Positions 29,791-42,642 of a DNA stretch of 64,000 nt are shown here, piece by piece. Every line of letters begins with the position of its first letter. Position 1 is the stretch's first letter. The stretch is from NCBI GenBank assembly GCA_050084985.1, contig JBITNC010000001.1, positions 189,038,001-189,102,000 of the forward strand. Reading direction: 5' to 3'. The notes beneath the pieces were generated by a model that saw only the letters and a list, made by a program, of their open reading frames with translations, did no database searches and had not been told where the DNA came from. Origin of the DNA: Nageia nagi (Eukaryota > Plantae > Pinophyta). The position numbers were made by a program, and so were the translations under genes.

Positions 29791-30619
29791 ATTGTTTCAG
29801 CTTGGTGTTAATAATGGACTAATACCATATGTTGGTTTCCTATAGTGCAAGGTTATGATGATGTGATGTGCACTAAGAAGTAAGAATAAAATCATTTAAT
29901 GCTAAGAGAGCTAACATGATATTAATGGTAACTTACTTGTATTTGGTAGGGTAGGTAATCCATCATATCCTAAAGTGATAGGTGTAGTGCCAAATATTAT
30001 GTAATGATCATTTCTAAGATTTTATGATCCAAATTTGATAGTTGAAGTCATTTGCATGATTTGAAAAAGGGACTTAAATCATTCTTGGCAATGACATGCA
30101 TAACTTGAAATCCATGATGCATAGGAATCACCACATTTTTTCTTATAGTGGAATGATGTGTTCTTTGTGAATATACTTTATTCCTTTAGTATGCTACTTC
30201 AGCATATGATCAATAAGTCTATGTTCTACTTTAGTATGCAATGGAAAAACTACAAAAACCTTCCCCCAGATTGAAGAATGACATGTCCACATGGAAAAAG
30301 AGCTATAGGTGTATGCATAAAATAAAAAATGGATAATATAATAAAATATAAATAATAATATAACTAATTAAATCAAATTAAAAAAAAATACATACCTAAG
30401 TGAGCTATGTGGAAGAGAAAATGGTACAAAAGACCTTTTTTATATATATCACAACAAGACTACAAAATAGTCTATTTTCATCCATATAGATGCCAAAAAC
30501 TAGTTTTCATTTGAATGACTACCAAATATTTGGTTTTCACCCCTATCATGGGCTGATCAAAATTTACCAGCTTTATTAATCTTGTGCAATGTTCATTTTA
30601 GGTGAGTTTGATGGAGGAA

Positions 30620-33600
30620 GTAGATCCCTCCTCTATCAAACAAATATCTACTTTGCTCAACTTAGAAACAAACTCTACGCTGGAAATAGGTTGATGATAA
30701 ACCCTCAATCTATGTCCATTAACCAATAATGTTCATATAGAATCATCAATTGGTTTCAATTAAATTGTGCCATTATTTAAGATTTGTAGAATTTCATAAG
30801 GACTTAACCAATGAGTTCTCAGTTTACCCATAAAATCTTGGTGGTAAGAATCAAATAGTAATGCCCAGTCACCCACTTGGAATTCTCTTTGCTAAATATG
30901 CTTGTCATGCCAATCCTTTCTTTATTTTTGAATAACTTTAGTATGGTGTAGGGATTCTTTTTAGAGTGCACTTAATGCATTTAAATCTTGTACTCTTTGA
31001 ATTTATGCCTAAGATAATCTTAATCCAACTATTTTTGCTATTCTCAAAGTTTCTATTTCATACTCAATGGGCATTATGGGCTTCTTTCCATAAACTAGTT
31101 CATATGGAGTAAATCTAGTTATGGATTTTGATGTAACATTATAGGCCCATACAACCTTTGAGAGTTTAACTCCCAATCTTTCCTATGTGTAGCCATAGTT
31201 TTTATCATTATAGCCTCCAATTCTCAATTAGTAACCTCCACTTGTCCATTAGACTATGGATGGTATGGAAAAGATTTTCTATGCCTTATCTAATAAAGAT
31301 TTATAAAATGCTCTATGAAATTGGACATAAACTAAGGACCTTGGTCACTAACCAAAAATCTTGGAGCCCAAATCATTGCATAATGTGATTGTATAGAAAC
31401 TCTGCAACTTGCTCCTCCTTAGCCTATTTCATAGCTAGCACTTCACACCATTTAGTAACGTAATCTACATAAACTAAAATGTTTTTATTACCTTAATATG
31501 GAGGATTAATTGGTCCCACAAATTCCAATCCCCATTGTTGAAATGGTTCAATGACCACTTGAGTTTGAAGAGGCATTTTTGAAGTTGCAATTGTCCTACC
31601 AAACCATTGACATTGGTCACATTATCTTGTGTTTTTTGACATCTTTATGTAAATAAGGCTAATAATATCCATTACCCATAATTTTTAGTATAGTATGTCA
31701 AATAGAGAAGTGTCCTCCTGAAGGTTCATCATGATAAGCTCAAAGGACATCAAAACTTTCATCTTCTCTAAGACATCTTCTTAAGATATTATCAAATCCC
31801 CTATTAAAAAGTAGCCCTCTTATCCATGTATAATTAGAACTCTCCCTAACCAAATTTTTCCTTTTATTTGGATAAAAATGGGCTATCACCTTTCCAATGA
31901 CCAAATAATTTGCTATATCAACAAACCATGGGGTATGAATAGATAAGGCAAATAATTGTTCATCAGGAAATGAGTCATTAACTAATCCTTTATCCCTGGG
32001 GCAAGTAATTCTAGATAAAAAGTTAGCAATAGTATTAGATTTTCTTGGCTTATCTACAATAGTGACATTAAATTATTGAAGGATCAATAGCCATATTATG
32101 ATCCTCCCACTCACTATAGGTTTATTCATTAGATATCTGATGGCTACATTGTTAGTATGAATGAATACTGAAAAAATAGTAATGTAATGGCAAAATTTAT
32201 TAATAGTGTAAACTATTGCTAAAAAATCTTATTTAGTAGTTGTATAATTTAATTCTACTCCTATAAAATTTTTGCTAACATAATAAATAGCATAAGGCAA
32301 TTTCATCTCTTCCTCCTGATCTAGTTCTACTCTAATTGCTAGGTTGGATGCATCAGTATGAATGGAAATGGAAGCTTCCAATCTGGCCCTCTTAAAATTG
32401 GACTTGTAGTAAGTTTGTCTTTGAGGGTTATGAAAGCATTTTCATAATTAGCTACCCAAAAAAATATCTAATCTTTATACAATAGTATAAATAGAGAAGT
32501 TATAATATTTTTGAAGTTTTCTATGAACCTTCTATAATACCCTATATGCCATAGAAAGCTTCTAACATAAGTCTAGGTAATAGGAGTTGGGAGTTCTTTT
32601 ATGACCCCAATTTTATGACCTAGTACTATTCCTTTATTCATCATCATAAAACATTTTTCATGGATCAATGAAAAATTATGCTATTGACATCTTATCAATA
32701 CCTTTTCCAAATTCTTTAGTGCTTCTTCATAAGTGTTCCCATAGACTATGAAGTCATCCATGTAGACCCCCACATAGTCATGTATAAGATCTGCAAAAAT
32801 GGATATGACCACTCTTTGAAACATGGTTGGAGAATTACAAAGGACAAAAGGTAACACCCTATAAGCATATGTGCCCCAGGTACATGTAAAAGTAGTCTTT
32901 TCCTAGTCTACATCTACAATGTTAATCTAATTATAACCACTAAAGCCATCTAAAAAGGAAAAGTACTTCTTCCCATCCAAAGTATCTAAAACTTGATCAA
33001 TAAAAGGTAAAGGGAAGTGGTCTTGATGTGTGGATTTATTTAGACATATATAATCCACATAATCTCTCCACTTACCATTTTTCTTTGGAATTATGACCAA
33101 TAGTGATACCCACTTACTATTAGAAATAGGATAGATAAAATCTACACTTAATAATTTTTCTATTTTTGTTTTAACAATATCCATTAATGTTGGGTTCACC
33201 CTTTGTGGTGGCTGCTATACTATCTTTCTTTCATCAATTTAGATGTGGTATGTACATGTCTTTGGATGAATACCCTTGATGTTAGAGTACTCCTAGGAAA
33301 AAGCACCACTCTGACTTTGTAGAACTTGAAAAAGTGTTGATTCTTCTTTAGTGGCCAACCAAATATTGATATTTAATTTTCTATCATCTTTAAGTGAGAT
33401 CTATTTAGTTCCTTATTGAATGGAACACAACTATTGAGGTGTTTGTATGAATGAATTTAAAGGACAAGTATGAGAAAATGAAGAATGAAATACCTTTGTT
33501 CTCTCTCTGAAATAATCACCAATGGGAATGATGTGAGTTAAAGGATATTTGAATAAGGAGAGGAAATGAGATTGTATAATTAGTGCTATGTTGAAGATAT

Positions 33601-34200
33601 ATTGTTGTAGTGTCATAGTAGGCTACTAAGAAGACTCACTAATCTCTTCACCAGATTCTTCTAGTTCCTCCACATGTTCTTTAATAGTTATCATTATCAA
33701 TGTAGCAATGTTATCTGCTCCATACATCTTAGTCTCATCAACCCAAATTTGTCTTAACAATTCTAACAAAAACTATGCTGGTGGATATAGAGATAAATAT
33801 TTTATTTCCATGCTAGCATTAATATTCATGGTACCTAACCTACAATCTATAAGAGCTACTACAGTGGCCAACCAAGGTCTACCCAAAATGATGGGATAGC
33901 CATTTTTATTCTTTCTTAGGTGTAATATTAGAAAGTCTACAACATACTCCCAAGACTCAATGGTAATAGGCACATCTTCAATTATGCCTATAGGTGTAGC
34001 AATCAATTGATCAACTATTTGAAGGGCAATTGTGGTAGGTTGAATTTCATTAAGGGCTAACTTGTTGCATAAGTCAAAAGTGATTATATTAATGGCTGAT
34101 CCCAAGTCTATTAATACATTAGGAATTATTGTAGATCCAATTGCAATAGTTATGATTGGAGTGCCTAGATCTCCTTACTTGGGGGTATTTACATTCTCTC
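30620..34200 (-). pseudogene. Athila pol relic (protease, RT, RNase H, integrase)
   Basis: LIDLGSAINII...YPIILGRPWLAT (33773-34120); FIYPISNSKWVSLLVIIPKKNGKWR...DHFPLPFIDQVLD...FSFLDGFSGYN (32927-33199); YMDDF (~32760); HTDAS (~32355); GPINPP and WLSPY integrase motifs. Confidence 0.96.
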
Positions 34201-34789
34201 CCAAAATATCTACAAGTTTACCATCAACCTGAATGGTTTATAGCAAACTCTTCTTCTTTCTTCCTATAGTTTTTATGCATAATTCTTTCACATATTTATT
34301 CAATTATGGAATATCCTTTATAGCCTATAGAAATGGTATTGGAATATTCAATTTTTTTTTTCTTGAAGAACCTAAGACTCGTCTTTATTATAAATGATTA
34401 CCAACCTTTCTAGGTATGGTACTGCATTACCTAGTGCTTCACTATTGATTAGAATTCAATTTCTAAAACTACTAGTTCTTCTTCTAACACCTCTATCACT
34501 ATTGGTTCCTATTGTTGTGAATGGATTTGTATGGGTATAGGAGGATTAATTATATGTCCATATTTGAGTATTGCATTTATTTCATAAACATCTTCTTATT
34601 CTAAAGTATTAGTAGCATTCACCTATTGGTCAAGATTCTGTAAAGGCTGTGTTGGTAGGATAGGCTACCATGGAAGAGGTTGACTCTATTGTTGTGATGT
34701 AGGTAAGTAACCATGTTGTTGAACAAGATTTCTCCTTTGTGTTTGATATGATTGATTTGAAACTTCTTGATACTAATTCTAGGGTACAT

Positions 34790-34872
34790 TATTCTATTGA
34801 TTCTATGGCTAATTCCATTGATTCTATGGTTGATTCCATTGATTCTATGGTTGATTCCATTAATTCTACTAG
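34790..34872 (-). repeat. 21 bp in-frame tandem repeat encoding QPQNQWN-like units in the gag C-terminal region
   Basis: attccattgattctatggttg, about 3.5 copies. Confidence 0.85.
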
Positions 34873-34899
34873 TATGTACCTTTAAGATTTAATTATGGT

Positions 34900-35860
34900 G
34901 GATATTGGGAAGAATTTATAGGCTATTGATATTGCCAAGGAGTATACATATTCCCAAACATACTATTACCAAGAGGTCTAGAATTTATGTAATTTAGATC
35001 CAATATTGAATTTACCATAGAAGTTTTTGTTGCTGGTAAATAAGCACATCCATTAGTTGAATGTACCAACTCATAGATATTGCATATTGTAGTCTTATCC
35101 ATGGGACATTCATGCAGAGCATGATTTTGATAGCACCTTGGGCAAAAAATACTCAAAGGTTCCTTCATAGGTGTTTTTCTAGATGCTTCTATATTTTTGA
35201 TTTGATTTAATTAACACAAGATATCTATTTTGAAGGAAACTAATTCCTTCAAAAATTTTGTTACTACCAATACACCATACTACTTAGATCTCTTTGAATA
35301 TATTCTAGTTCAAGAATAGTTTCTCATAAGTTCCACAATATCATCCCAATCAGCCTTATATATGTTCCCTCCCCCCATAAGATTCAAGGGTTCTAAAGAA
35401 GACTCTAACAATCCCCTTAGAAAGATTATTTTGAGCAACTCATTTTCTAATGCTAAAGCACACCTCTTTTGGACAAATAAAAATCTATCCAAATAATCTT
35501 CTAGATTTTTTTCATCATTTTGCTTCAGTTTGAATAGTTCATCTTTTATGTCCTTCACTCTACAATATTCTTGATATTTTTCAAGAAATTTCATTTCCAT
35601 CTCTTCCCATGTTGTAATTGAGTTTGCTGATAAGCCCATAAACCATCTCATGGCATTATCCTTTAAGGTGGATGGAAAGAGTTTAAGATTTTGATTATCT
35701 AATTCATAGTCATAGGTCTTACAAAGGACTTTGAATTCAAACAAGAACTTATCAGGCTCCTTTTGTGATACTCCTCTAAACGTAGGAAGATTTGTAGGTG
35801 ATATTTTTCATAGGAGCATCTAGTCCAAGTTGGAGCCTAATTGGATAGGTGAAAGTCCAA
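34900..35860 (-). pseudogene. Athila gag relic
   Basis: ORF 35310-35744 LKLFPSTLKDNAMRWFMGLSANSITTWEEMEMKFLEKY; Cys/His knuckles in ORF 34923-35168. Confidence 0.93.
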
Positions 35861-38084
35861 AGAGTATTTGGAGTGTTCACTGAGGCATTAGATATATTGA
35901 ATATGAAAAGAAGATTTTTAGTGGTGTGGTAAGGACTATACCCTTGTTGTGGAGAAACTTTTGCTTTTTTAGATTCAACACTTGAGGATTCTTGAGTTGA
36001 GTCTTTAGGTGAATGATCTTGAGGGCTTAAGATGAAGGGTGAATTGCTTAGTGAGGAGTTTCCAAGCTTAATTTTTGAAAACTTTCAACAACTTCACTAA
36101 TAGTAAGCTACTCTAAAATAACATGCTCTTTTAGCTTTTTAAGTGCAAACTCAACTTTCTTCTACTTTGAAGAACTTGAGGATGGAAAATTAGGACCTTC
36201 TAGTGATGATTCACTAGGTGTCCCTAGAATAGCTACTTTATAATCACTTAGTCTTGTAGAGATTTGACCTAGTCTAGACCAAATAGACTTGGGGGTTTTA
36301 GGAGAGGGTTTTATCCCTTTTTTTGGCTTGCTAGCTGATGCTATGAATCTCTCCTATTTACAAAATTCTATGTAAATCATAAAAGAAAAAATAATCTAAA
36401 TAAATAGAAAGAAAAATACCTTCCCTATGATATTCATAACTTTATTCTTGACTAAGTGCTACTCAAGACCACTTAGACTACAAAGTGTGAGAAGGCATCA
36501 CTGAATATAACCTCTAAAATGGTACTATCAACACTAAAAACAAGGAACTTGGTTCAAAAACAAAACTACTTGCACTATGTTCCCTAGTAATGGTGCCAAA
36601 ATGATTGGAAGAAATATGAATTATCAATTAAACCAATGGGCTTTTCACTAACCCCCTTCTAGTGAACCTCAAATAAGTCTAGAAAGGACTAGTTATCTCA
36701 AAGAGTTGGTACTTAAAACACCCTACTTAACCTCTCACTAGTTATGCTAGTTAACATTCTACTTCTCATTATTTATCAAATCCATGCTAGTGCTTAAAGC
36801 TATTTGTAGTAGAAATCACCATTTATACATAGGACAAACATAATTAAATTGATGCAAAATTGAAATCCTTAAATAGAATTACTAGAAACAAACTAGCTAT
36901 AGCATTTTATCATTAAATCCTAATTATCTAATCTTCTATGAAAAGACTAAATTTAAGATATTTTTGAATTAGCTTAATATATTAAACTTAAGATATTTCT
37001 AAATTAGCTTAAGATACTAAAGTAATTGTAACATTAAGTAAAATGATATCTTAAATAATACTGAACATAAATAACTCAAACATAAATGAGGATGAAAATA
37101 CTAGATAGTATCCCTATCTCTTAAGCATTTCCTTCCTTCTAACACTATTTTGCTATATCAAAGAGCTTTCCTTTATTACTTTATGAATTTCAACAATATG
37201 AATACATAGAAATTTACAACTATCATCCCCTCTCTGCTTCTCATTTCTTCTCTTTAAGAAATGTTTTTATTCCCTAATTCTACTAACAACTATACTATAA
37301 TCATGGTTGAATATCCTAGATATTCCAGCTAGATGAGTACAATTTTGAACTAACTATTCCAAGGGATCATAGTTGATATCTTAGAAAATAGATCTACTAA
37401 ACAAATAATATCTTTCCTAAAATATCTAATTTTGTTCTTAAGCTAAGATATCTATGTATGACTATTGAAACCATGGAACAGCTAACTACATTTCTAGGTG
37501 ACAACATATTATCTTCAATCAATTGTATTTGTACATGTGTTCCACCTAGGTACATGAAATACTATTGACATTAAATTTTTACCACATCATATTATTGGTA
37601 GAATATTCTAGCATATTCCACCTCTTTTCCTTTAGTATTATTTGTCTTTAGAGTCCTTTAGTATAAAAGGCTCCTTTAGCATATGACTTAAAAGACTTCT
37701 TCAGCATTTTGCTTAAAACATTCCTTTAGTATTCCACTTAAAAGAGTCCTTTAGCATTCTTCATTATTTTAGTATGGATCAAAGACCCTTTCTTTAAAGT
37801 TATCTCAGGAGTTCCTTCAAAGGTTCTTATAGCTCTTTTCATCACTGTAAGAACCATTCTTTACTCTACCATTTATACTCAATGAAAACACATTATATTT
37901 ACAAAATAAAGACATTATTTCCCAAATTTACCAATATAAATCATAAGTAAAATCAAACATGCATTTTAGTATGAAAATATATTTATATATAAATTACTTA
38001 TATTATTACTATTATATCCATATCTATTAGACATAAACATGCATATATAAAAGGTGAAAAGGAGGCCTTAACTACATCTCATCA

Positions 38085-38750
38085 ACTTGTAAGATAAATG
38101 AATGGATGATGATATTTTCATCCTTCTTCATATAAATAAAGTAGTGAATATATTTGTACAACATAGAAAAAATTCATGGTACCCATGCATATCTCTCCCA
38201 AGAAAATATATCCCTTGCACAATAGGAATCAAACATGTGTGAAAGCACTTGTGGTTCTTATTACTATATAAGATAGTATCGATAAGAATCATAAAGTACA
38301 ATTGACACCATTGTGTGTTGTTTATGTCCTATAGGGCTATATACAATGTTTGATGAAAATTCACCCCCTTATTTTATTGTTGATAGTCATAGATATCCAT
38401 AATCTAATACCAATGCCCTCCTTGTACTCCATAGAGAGTATAGCTCTCTAAATCAATATACCCTTCATAAGTACCCACAATATGCAATGGATGTTAGCCA
38501 AGATGATGGTGATATCACTAGTATATAGATGAAATATATTAGTTTCATCACACTAATGCTCTATCAAGGTTGTCAAGAAGTACTTGCCACATAGGATGTG
38601 AGAAACACCCCTCATGTGACCAAGTTTGAATGTATCCAAGCATCCCCTCTCCTCGGTACTAAGCATAAAGTAAACAATCATATCTACACCAAAACTCCAT
38701 ATCTTTCATCTCATCATATATGCATGTTCCTACATCCATTCTAAACATAA
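38085..38750 (-). pseudogene. PMD relic, N-terminal part
   Basis: LTTLIEH*CDETNIFHLYTSDITIILANIHCILWV (cf. LxALVERWxPETHTFHLPxGEMTITLxDVxxILGL). Ends ...ILQ at the Athila junction. Confidence 0.88.
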
Positions 38751-40705
38751 AATAAAATTATCAATAACAGAGTAAACAGGTAATAAATACAATTTATGAA
38801 ATCAAAATAAGTAAAAATCTAACATTTCTTGCTAAAATAAAAGAATTTAAAGTCAAATTTCAAAATGTTCATCTTAGGAATACATTAAAATTTGTATAAT
38901 CACTAATAAATATATTTTTAAGAAAATTTGAACCTAGTAATGATGTCAAGATCCTAGTGGCACTATCAAGTTAAAGTTCCCATTTTTTTGAAAAATTCAT
39001 AAACTATCATTTTTTTTTCATAAGTTTATGGTAAAAATGAGTTTAGTCTTATTCCATGCATGCAACAAACCAACCCTACATTTTTACCCCTATAATTTTG
39101 ATAATTCATCAAAATTAAGTAAAACTTGACCAAAATAAAAAATTGATCCATCAAAAACATCCATATGCTTACTAAAAGAGATAATTTGAAGAGATTATTG
39201 GTACCTGATGCCCCTCGGGTGAAGAATGAACAACAAGATCCCTACGACCCTAGCGATAAGTAATATGATGGGCCATATTACCAATAATCACAATTTAGAA
39301 AGTGATAGCTCCTTCACTATACCTCAACACCTTGAAATAGCACCTATAAGATTAAGGAACAGAGATCCAAATTGCCAAATATGATAGTAAAAATGAAATG
39401 ATAATCTGCTTATTTATAAATTAATTTGATCCCCTTTTGCTATTAATTACACTAAATCTCATTGAGTTTTCCAAATCAAGTCTTTTTTTGTTATCAATCT
39501 TGTACAGTTCCATCCATGATTAACATTTTTTCCCCTTCAAATACCTTGAACCTATCGATACCACTAGGATCTAGGTGACATTGTTGGCTTCCAAACATCC
39601 TTATGAGGAGTTTTTTTTTATAAATTTTGAAATCCTCTTCATGAAAGTAAATTGGTAAATCCATAGCATAAAAAATCCAAAATTTTATCAAAACGCTTTT
39701 GGGAAAATTAGGTCAAATTTAATTCTAATTTATCATCAAATTTTGTGATTAAAAGATAAATATGTAAACATAGCCACCATTTTTAGTAAATGAGTAAATA
39801 ATAATTATGCAAAATATGTTATTTTTAGAAAAATGTCTCTTTATACCAATGATGAAGCTATGATTCATGCATCATCGTTAGGTTACTAGCTTCAACAATG
39901 GCCATTTTTAAAATCTATGCTTTGTCAACTTAATAAATGTGTGAAAAAGGTGCTTTAATTACTTATATTATTGTGCATATAGGAAAAAGTACCTACTTAA
40001 GTCATTTGCAAAGTGCTATACTTTCTTTTCTCATGACACATTTTAGAAAAATAGTGAATATCTAATATATCTTGTTTAAATGCTTGTGGTAATATGTATC
40101 TTACCTTGTTTATATATTTGGCAAAATTATATCTTACTTCTATTACATGTGCATGACACTAACACATGTTAACACATATCATATCTTATTATATTTTAAC
40201 TTAGCAAATTGTAAAAGTGCTTTGTATAACATCTACTGATCATATGAGTCTTATCACATACTTCTTCCCAAGAAGTCATCTATTAAATAATGCTTATCAT
40301 GTTCACTTTCTATATCTTATCATAGTTTACAATAATGTTAATATCATATTATTTGCCTTATCATTAGCTTTGCTGTAAGGGAGATGCATACTTTTCAAAA
40401 ATCCATGGAAACATGGTGGCTTGGCAAACCAATTCGATCACTCTTATCATTTAGCACTTTTTTTTATAAAGGGCTATTATTATCAAAATCCATAGTAGCA
40501 TGGTGGCATGGGAGACCAAGTTGGTCAACAAATTGGTAAATTATCTTCTACATACTCTTGGTGAGTAAATCACCAAGGACATGTTTGAAATCTTATTCAT
40601 TACATATATTTCATACATTATGATGTTTAATGTCTATATTTAAGATATATTGTGAAAAAAATATCTCTTTTCTAAGTTTATTACATGTTCCTTTATCTTT
40701 GCCTT

Positions 40706-41772
40706 TGGTGGGTGCAAGAAGTTGGGTCCACTTTATGGCCAAAAAGTGGAAGTGTTTTCCTTAATTTTTAAGTTTGTGAATGATTGATCAATCTCAAAAT
40801 TTGAAGCACTTAGACATGGAATCATGAAAAAGGTCAGTGCGATGAAAATGTAGTGCTTAGACTCTAATTTTTAAATATATAATTTATTCCAATACCCAAA
40901 TGATAGAAATTAAATTTTGATAAAGATTAACAAAGACTACTTTTTAAAATATACCATGTTACTACCATACCATTCACGTGTTTGTCATACATAATTTTAC
41001 CAAAATCAAGATATTTTTTAAAATCCTTTTAGGCATAGATACCTATGACATTGAATCTTGTCCCTGATATTTTTCCATAAATTTTTCATGAATATTTATT
41101 TTATTAATTTTGTATTTATCATGTTTATTGTTTTGAAAAGTGCTTGTGTTCGTCACACATAATTTGATCTAAACTTTATTCTATTTTATTTTTTTCTTGT
41201 AGAAAATTATCTGAAGCTTATGCCCATATAATATTTTTTTCAAAACTCCTAAAAAATAAAAAGCTATTAAGAAAATAAGATACCATCATATTTCAAATAT
41301 ATGGATCACTTTTACTAAAAAATAATTGAAAAATATAAAATCTTATCATATTGTATAAAAAAATGTATATTTGAATTCTATGCTCTTTAATCTATAATGG
41401 GTTTTAATTTTATGTAAAAACTATGCTAAAAACTCCATCAAACATATGCTTGAATTCAATATTTTCTATTAAAATTGCCATGAACACATACTTGCAGGTC
41501 CAAGGCTAAGGTTTAGCTCACCAAGCCTTTATTGAGCTTAAAAATGATGTTAAATTGGAGATTCAAATATCATGATCCTAATATTTAATGCTAAGAAAAT
41601 GTATGTATTATAGTTTCAAATATAGAGATCCTAATTTAAAATTAGGATATTGATATTTATTAGGATCTTGATTTTAATTTATTAAAATTAGGATCTTAAT
41701 TTTTTTGACATTGAGTTTTAACTTCACCCACTTCCCCTTCAAGTGGACTCAACTTCTTGCTTTCACCCACTT
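40706..41772. mobile_element. Non-autonomous 1.07 kb TIR element related to the Sola2-like transposon, in opposite orientation
   Basis: Left GGTGGGTGCAAGAAGTTGGGTCCA, right TGGACTCAACTTCTTGC(ttt)CACCCAC. 40707-41240 aligns with the reverse complement of ~60000-60532. No clear TSD. Confidence 0.85.
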
Positions 41773-42642
41773 GGATTTGTCCTATGATGAGAGGTCCATC
41801 ATGTCGTAACTAAGTTAAATAGGGGGGATAAAATTAGTGAAAATTAGGGTATCCAAAGCTACACTATCAAGAAAAAAATTTAGGGAGTATTTTCTTGCTT
41901 ATCTTATTATACTTTGAATTTATGGTTTGATTTTCTCTTACCTCAAAAGAATCAAATCATATTCAAAGTGGGGAATCTATTAACACCTAAGAAGAAATTT
42001 TAATTTAATTAAAATACCCTTTTTAAATATTTGTAATAATCCATTCAATTAAGTATTTTACTACCTCTTATCATTGTGTAATCTTATCTACCTTTATATT
42101 TTATAATAATAGGTTGGTTTGCATCACCATAATCTCAAGGAGGAGCCTTGGTACTTGATCTATTACCTATAAAGGTGGAAGGGTTATGTATGAGAAATCT
42201 TGAGATGCTAGGTGGCCACCTATCATATCTAGATTTTGTTAATAATTGAGCTCTTCATTATTGGGATATTTTGAACTTCTTTGTGCATGATATTATGAGC
42301 TTTGATGGGATGATGATGACATAAAGCAAAAGCATGAGGCATTATAGAAAATTAATCAGGTGGCTCCTTTAAGCTCCTAGCATTATCACTAGGTTGAGGT
42401 TAGATTGGTGGCTCCTATCTTTATGGAAGTTGTTTTTTCATCTCCTTTCAATTGAGTATCACCTTCATTCATTGTGATAGGTAAAGTATAGGATTGTATA
42501 TTCCATCAATCCAATTTGATAGATCAAGGTCAATTAAGCCATTATCATTATATTTGTTGCTTTGATTTATTATTATTTTATAATAAATTAATTAAATTGA
42601 ATGCTATAAATAACCTTAATTATTAATATTTCAATTAGAACT

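Larger units (their letters stand above)
27049..38084 (-). mobile_element. Full-length Athila-like Ty3/gypsy LTR retrotransposon (decayed)
   Basis: LTRs 27049-28543 and 36602-38084. TSD gcttg/acttg. PBS TGGCACCATTACTAGGGA (decayed tRNA-Asp TGGCGCCGTTGCCGGGGA). PPT AAGTTTGGGGGAA. Order gag-PR-RT-RH-INT plus a downstream ORF. Confidence 0.96.
22335..42642 (+). mobile_element. Tat/Ogre-like Ty3/gypsy non-autonomous LTR element with gag and antisense PMD, hosting nested insertions
   Basis: LTRs 22335-23025 and ~41978-42642. PBS TAGTGAACCCAAC (tRNA-Trp-like) at 23028. PPT AAAGTGGGGAA at 41965. TSD gaata/aaata. Confidence 0.88.

Noticed and set aside
26000-38750. Cellular MAIN/MAIL-like host gene
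   Set aside because: It lies between paired LTRs, has stops and is split by an Athila element; it is TE-borne.
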